Shown one piece after another: positions 60,140 to 64,000 of a DNA stretch of 64,000 bases. Every line of letters begins with the position of its first letter. Positions within the stretch are counted from its first letter, which is position 1. The DNA comes from Candidatus Latescibacterota bacterium (GTDB lineage Bacteria; Latescibacterota; UBA2968; UBA8231), in contig CBDCNM010000002.1 of the NCBI GenBank assembly GCA_965219385.1, forward strand, positions 592,639 to 656,638. Reading direction: 5' to 3'. The notes beneath the pieces are model-generated. The model ran no database searches. It was not told the DNA's origin and saw only the letters and a list, made by a program, of their open reading frames with translations. A program made the translations under genes and the position numbers.

Positions 60140-61231
60140 TTAGTGACCCGCATTGTCCACAGCATAGATTACTAGTATCTCTAGCTTCAGTCCATATGCT
60201 CGTGCCAAGAACCCCTGTGCCTCTTCAAGGGAGCGGATGGGAATCTCTACGTCGTAATGGCCAGAAAGACCCGTCTCGTCCCAGATGACACACCCAAGAG
60301 CCAGTTCCAGTCGGTACGCTATCTCAGCCATACTAGCTCCAGTGATAGTGAGCATGTCTTGGGTCTTATTCGCGTGACTGCCAGCTCCCGGGGTCGTTAC
60401 ATCCTGCAAACGAGGGCTCTGTGCCGATAGCATCCATCCGTGGGTTGTCTCGCATATGACCTTTGTGCGCACACCAAAGGCGCTGGCGAAGATATCGGCC
60501 GCGCGTCGGTGCATCAACGCCAGGTCAACTCCGTTGAACACTACGTTTAAGTCTACAAACTCCTGTGGAAGGTTGCCGACTACCCGCACTCGCGTTGACG
60601 GCATGTCGTGTAGAAAACCTATGGCATCACCCAGGGCCAGTCCCTTGGCACCGGCTCTCAGCTTCTGAGTATCGGCGTCTACGCACATGCTCATCTCGCT
60701 GTTGCCCCCCTCTCCTTTGCCGATGGTGAGAGCGACCATCACCTCATCATCGCTGCGCTCCTGTAGTCGAGTTTCCGGCGGAGACTCGGATTGGGGAGCT
60801 GAGGGAAGCTCCTCATCGTTGAGTAACGCGGCGAGCATTTCGGGTTTGAGGGACGCCGGGTGCCCCACCCACCGAATGCGCCTGTCAACATCAATCAGGA
60901 ACACATGCGGGATCGAACGCACACCAAAGGCGCCAAAGATCTCTCCATTGGGGTCGAGCGCCACGTAAGCATGCATGGGGCGCCGAGAGAGAAAAGCCTC
61001 GGCCTGGGTTCGTTCATCCATCGTCACGGCGATGAAAAAGATTCCTTGAACGCTGAATTGTTCACTCAGCGCGTTGAGATGAGGCACAGCGGCAGCGCAT
61101 GGCCCACAGTGCGATCCCCAGAACTCAAGGACGATGCACTTACCCCCAAGACCGCCAGAGGGGGCGGAGTTCATCCAACAATCAATCGGTACCTCCGGAG
61201 CTTTCTCGCCTAGTTCAGCAGTGCCTGTCAT
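60140..61231 (-). CDS. TlpA-like redoxin fused to a DUF3738/TIGR03435-like domain
   Basis: VLEFWGSHCGPC thioredoxin motif; C-terminal WDETGLSGHYD...YGLKLE. Confidence 0.7.
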   Translation of the reverse strand: MTGTAELGEKAPEVPIDCWMNSAPSGGLGGKCIVLEFWGSHCGPCAAAVPHLNALSEQFSVQGIFFIAVTMDERTQAEAFLSRRPMHAYVALDPNGEIFGAFGVRSIPHVFLIDVDRRIRWVGHPASLKPEMLAALLNDEELPSAPQSESPPETRLQERSDDEVMVALTIGKGEGGNSEMSMCVDADTQKLRAGAKGLALGDAIGFLHDMPSTRVRVVGNLPQEFVDLNVVFNGVDLALMHRRAADIFASAFGVRTKVICETTHGWMLSAQSPRLQDVTTPGAGSHANKTQDMLTITGASMAEIAYRLELALGCVIWDETGLSGHYDVEIPIRSLEEAQGFLARAYGLKLEILVIYAVDNAGH

Positions 61232-61362
61232 TAGCTACCAATGTCCCGAAAAATCGATCCCTTGATTGTCAATTTCCATCTCCTGATTTGTGAGTGGGCC
61301 GCGGATAGGTGGCATAACGCTTTCTGCACAGATATACCGAATGAACCTTTGATTCCCTGTCC

Positions 61363-61557
61363 TGGCATGACCCCATAAAACTGGACAGGTTTGGATGTGA
61401 GTATTTTCTTTACCTCACCTCACCGAAGAGGTCTACATGTACAAGCGGATCCATTCCGCTTTAGCCTATCTGACACCGGCAGAATTCGAAGCCCAGTTTC
61501 ATGCCGGGCGTTAGATCAAACACCACTAAAGGTGTCCAGTGTTATGGGGTCACTTCA
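61363..61557 (+). mobile_element. Internally deleted IS3-family mini-element (195 bp)
   Basis: 25-bp imperfect IRs TGGCATGACCCCATAAAACTGGACA / TGTCCAGTGTTATGGGGTCACTTCA; internal YKRIHSALAYLTPAEFE. Confidence 0.8.
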
Positions 61558-61629
61558 ATGATTCGACACCATCTATACTAGGAGATTATCGGATCGCTGC
61601 CATCCTTTTTGGATAAAGTCGAGATAAGT

Positions 61630-62078
61630 CGATGAGCGAGTTGCTCGTCGATCTGGGGGTGATCAAAAGCCATTCCAGGCCCCACGTGTGTGAGGACAAT
61701 CCCTATTCGGAAGCCCACTTTAAAACCCTCAAATATCGGCCCGATTTTCCCGATCGATTTGGCAGCTTGGCCGATGCGCGCGGCTGGAGTCGGCCCTTTT
61801 TTTAGTGGTATAATGAACAGCATTATCACAGCGGATTGGGCTTACTCACCCCCGCCACCGTCCATTATGGACACCACCAATCGGTCCAGGACCAGCGGCA
61901 AGAGGTCCTCGACGCGGCCTTTGCCGCCCACCCCGAGCGCTTTGTCCGCGGCCGACCCTCCCTCCAACCCTTACCGGAGGCCGTATGGATTAATCCGCCC
62001 AAAGAATCAGGGGACTACCCCCGAAAATGCTTCACTAAATTCACCCACTGAAGTGTCTCAAAACCCTTGACACATTCC
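61630..62078 (+). pseudogene. IS3-like (rve) transposase C-terminal remnant with right end
   Basis: SHSRPHVCEDNPYSEAHFKTLKYRPDFP...*WYNEQHYHSGLGLLTPATVH, with an internal stop. Confidence 0.8.
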
Positions 62079-62096
62079 TCTATATAAGGCGGTATC

Positions 62097-63536
62097 TCAG
62101 GTTACGTCAACTCTTAGGAAAGCCACATTGGATGCCATAAACGCAACTAAAGCAAATAAAGTAAGCAAGAGTAAATCATGAGCCGTTGCCACAACCGTCG
62201 AACGTGCGGACAGATCTTCCATAAAAATGGGCACTGTCTCCGGTGGCACGGATATATGAGACATGCCCTCTGTCAAGCCCAGCAAGTGAAAACTTTCTGA
62301 ATCGCTCGCATCCCTCTCCTTGATAAAATTCCGAAATACAGACTCAAATTCACCTGCGTCTTGGATAAACCGGTAATGCCGTGAGATCCCCGTGTCAGCC
62401 AAGGATTCGAGTGCGTACTGGAATACCCCGTACGGGGAGATGCGATTCAGTTTACGACCCCACTCGACTTGAGCCAACTGCTGTTGCAGAAAAACCTCTT
62501 CAAATTGATGCTCTACAGAGTACCATTCAGCGACGTAATCGGCGAACTTCTCGACATAATCAGCGGGCATTTTGCCCTCGGGATTGGGATTCTGCAGCCG
62601 GTCGATGCCATGTTTATGCTTCACAGCATCCACGGCATCCCGGCGTTCTTTCCATTGCAGATCCTTCATCTCGAAACTACTGCTGATGCCTGCCGTGGTA
62701 TTGGGCAGGAGTACGATGAGCACGGTCCAGACCAGAAGCAAGATCACCAGACTGGCGGTTGGTCTCTCAAAACGTGATGAAACCAGAAGTCCCAGCCCCA
62801 CGAAAAAAGCCAGGTAGAGCAACGCGGCTACGCCCATGGTCGCAAGTTTGAGTCCGATCTGAAGGGTTAGTATCATCGAGCCGAAAAGGGTGATGACCAA
62901 CAGATTTACCAGCACCCCCAACGTTAGCGCCAAGGCCAGGACAAAAAAGGCTCCCAGGAACTTGCCACCCAGCACGGTAGTACGCGACACAGAGCCGCTG
63001 AGCAGAAGTGCAAGAGTACCGTTCTGACGCTCGCCACTGATACTGTCAAAAGTGAGCAGCACAGCCATCAAGCTGAGCACGAAACCGATGATGAACACCC
63101 AGTCGATCTCGACAAAGTCAGACACTACCCCTGAGGGAGGCAGCTCATTCGGGGTGCTGTATCTGAGAAACCAGGGGCTGTACAGCGTCAGACCCCAGTC
63201 AAATCTACTGATGCTTTCTCTGCTGCCCCCGTAAATAGTTTGCGGCAGATATTTATCGCGACCTGAAGCGCAAAAGACCAGAGGACTGGGTTGCTTGTAC
63301 AGGACTCCAACGCCTTCGATATACAGGTTTGACAGGTTTCCAGCGCGGTTTTGTAAATGCTTGATACTATTCTGTCTGTTCTCTATGAAATCATTCATTT
63401 GTCGCTGAAATGGACCGCCGGCAAAGAGGATGCCGTTCAGCGCCAGGAGCACAACGGCTAATACCAGAGTCAGGGCAAAGCGCACGCTCATCAGGTGGTC
63501 CAGCAGTTCGCGTTTGAAGATAACCCACAGCACCAT
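62097..63536 (-). CDS. ABC-2-type transporter permease subunit
   Basis: IFKRELLDHL and FDSISGERQNGTLALLLS motifs; multiple TM helices. Confidence 0.85.
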   Translation of the reverse strand: MVLWVIFKRELLDHLMSVRFALTLVLAVVLLALNGILFAGGPFQRQMNDFIENRQNSIKHLQNRAGNLSNLYIEGVGVLYKQPSPLVFCASGRDKYLPQTIYGGSRESISRFDWGLTLYSPWFLRYSTPNELPPSGVVSDFVEIDWVFIIGFVLSLMAVLLTFDSISGERQNGTLALLLSGSVSRTTVLGGKFLGAFFVLALALTLGVLVNLLVITLFGSMILTLQIGLKLATMGVAALLYLAFFVGLGLLVSSRFERPTASLVILLLVWTVLIVLLPNTTAGISSSFEMKDLQWKERRDAVDAVKHKHGIDRLQNPNPEGKMPADYVEKFADYVAEWYSVEHQFEEVFLQQQLAQVEWGRKLNRISPYGVFQYALESLADTGISRHYRFIQDAGEFESVFRNFIKERDASDSESFHLLGLTEGMSHISVPPETVPIFMEDLSARSTVVATAHDLLLLTLFALVAFMASNVAFLRVDVT

Positions 63537-63543
63537 AAACCCC

Positions 63544-64000
63544 CTATGCAACCTCGCAACGCCGGAAGCGCCAGTAGGTGCCCAAAAAACAGAAGACACT
63601 GAAGGCGCCCAGGACCAACAGATTAGGAGCAGCGTAGGCCAGGCTCTGCCACAGGTTCAGCGGCGTCTCGTGAAAGCGGGGCAGCCCTTCCAGGGTAACC
63701 TTTTCTTCCTGGTCATTAAACCACTCGCGCGCAGAAAAATATCCTTCTTCTTCAAAGTGTTTGATCAACTGTTTGCGGTACTGCCGCGCATCTTCCAGGA
63801 AACGCCAGTAGTCCTCGCGATCGGTGCGCGCCATAATGGCGGTGGCATTCAGGAAGGCTCCGGCCGGCGATAGCAGCATCAGGTTGTGTGTCCAGGCTGC
63901 TGTCTCTCTCATGTATTCCTCCAATGGAGCCCAGGCTTCTGCCCAAATCTGATCGGCGTACCGGATACGTAGCTGCTGCGCCGCTGCGAAGAATTCCTTG
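63544..64000 (-). CDS. ABC transporter permease paralog (partial, continues beyond the window)
   Basis: LLSPAGAF...LPRF...C-terminal TM helix, similar to the tail of the neighbouring permease. Confidence 0.7.
   Translation of the reverse strand, partial: KEFFAAAQQLRIRYADQIWAEAWAPLEEYMRETAAWTHNLMLLSPAGAFLNATAIMARTDREDYWRFLEDARQYRKQLIKHFEEEGYFSAREWFNDQEEKVTLEGLPRFHETPLNLWQSLAYAAPNLLVLGAFSVFCFLGTYWRFRRCEVA

Noticed and set aside
59037..60180. Rejoining the IS5-2 target gives a minus-strand frame containing CGQC...CAACH
   Set aside because: No clear start, it overlaps the redoxin gene end in another frame, and it is short; likely chance.
1..64000. CRISPR array or cas genes
   Set aside because: No regularly spaced repeat-spacer series or Cas motifs were seen.

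Overview
GC-rich bacterial chromosome segment. Housekeeping genes (infA, class I LysRS, dapL, nadA, a glmM-like mutase, tRNA-Arg(TCT)) are mixed with many catabolic enzymes (three enolase-superfamily proteins, PhyH dioxygenases, a lactonase, a TPP enzyme, a Co-type nitrile/thiocyanate hydrolase with a split beta subunit) and numerous gene and IS remnants. The most notable element is an 11.6-kb integrase-free island (27046-38604) bounded by a perfect 110-bp direct repeat. It carries a truncated IS200 tnpA and a three-gene putative defence module: a NERD-kinase-kinase-ATPase gene (frameshifted), a 600-aa unknown, and a 1654-aa PD-(D/E)xK + HerA-like ATPase. The module resembles the MADS mad6-7-8 / DndFGH effector arm but has no methylase or phosphorothioation genes. 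Also found: a small RHH-like gene coupled to nadA with a tandem 11-bp operator-like repeat, two copies of an IS5-related MITE, and an IS/integrase graveyard on the 5' side of tRNA-Arg. All family calls come from motif recognition by eye; no database searches were run.
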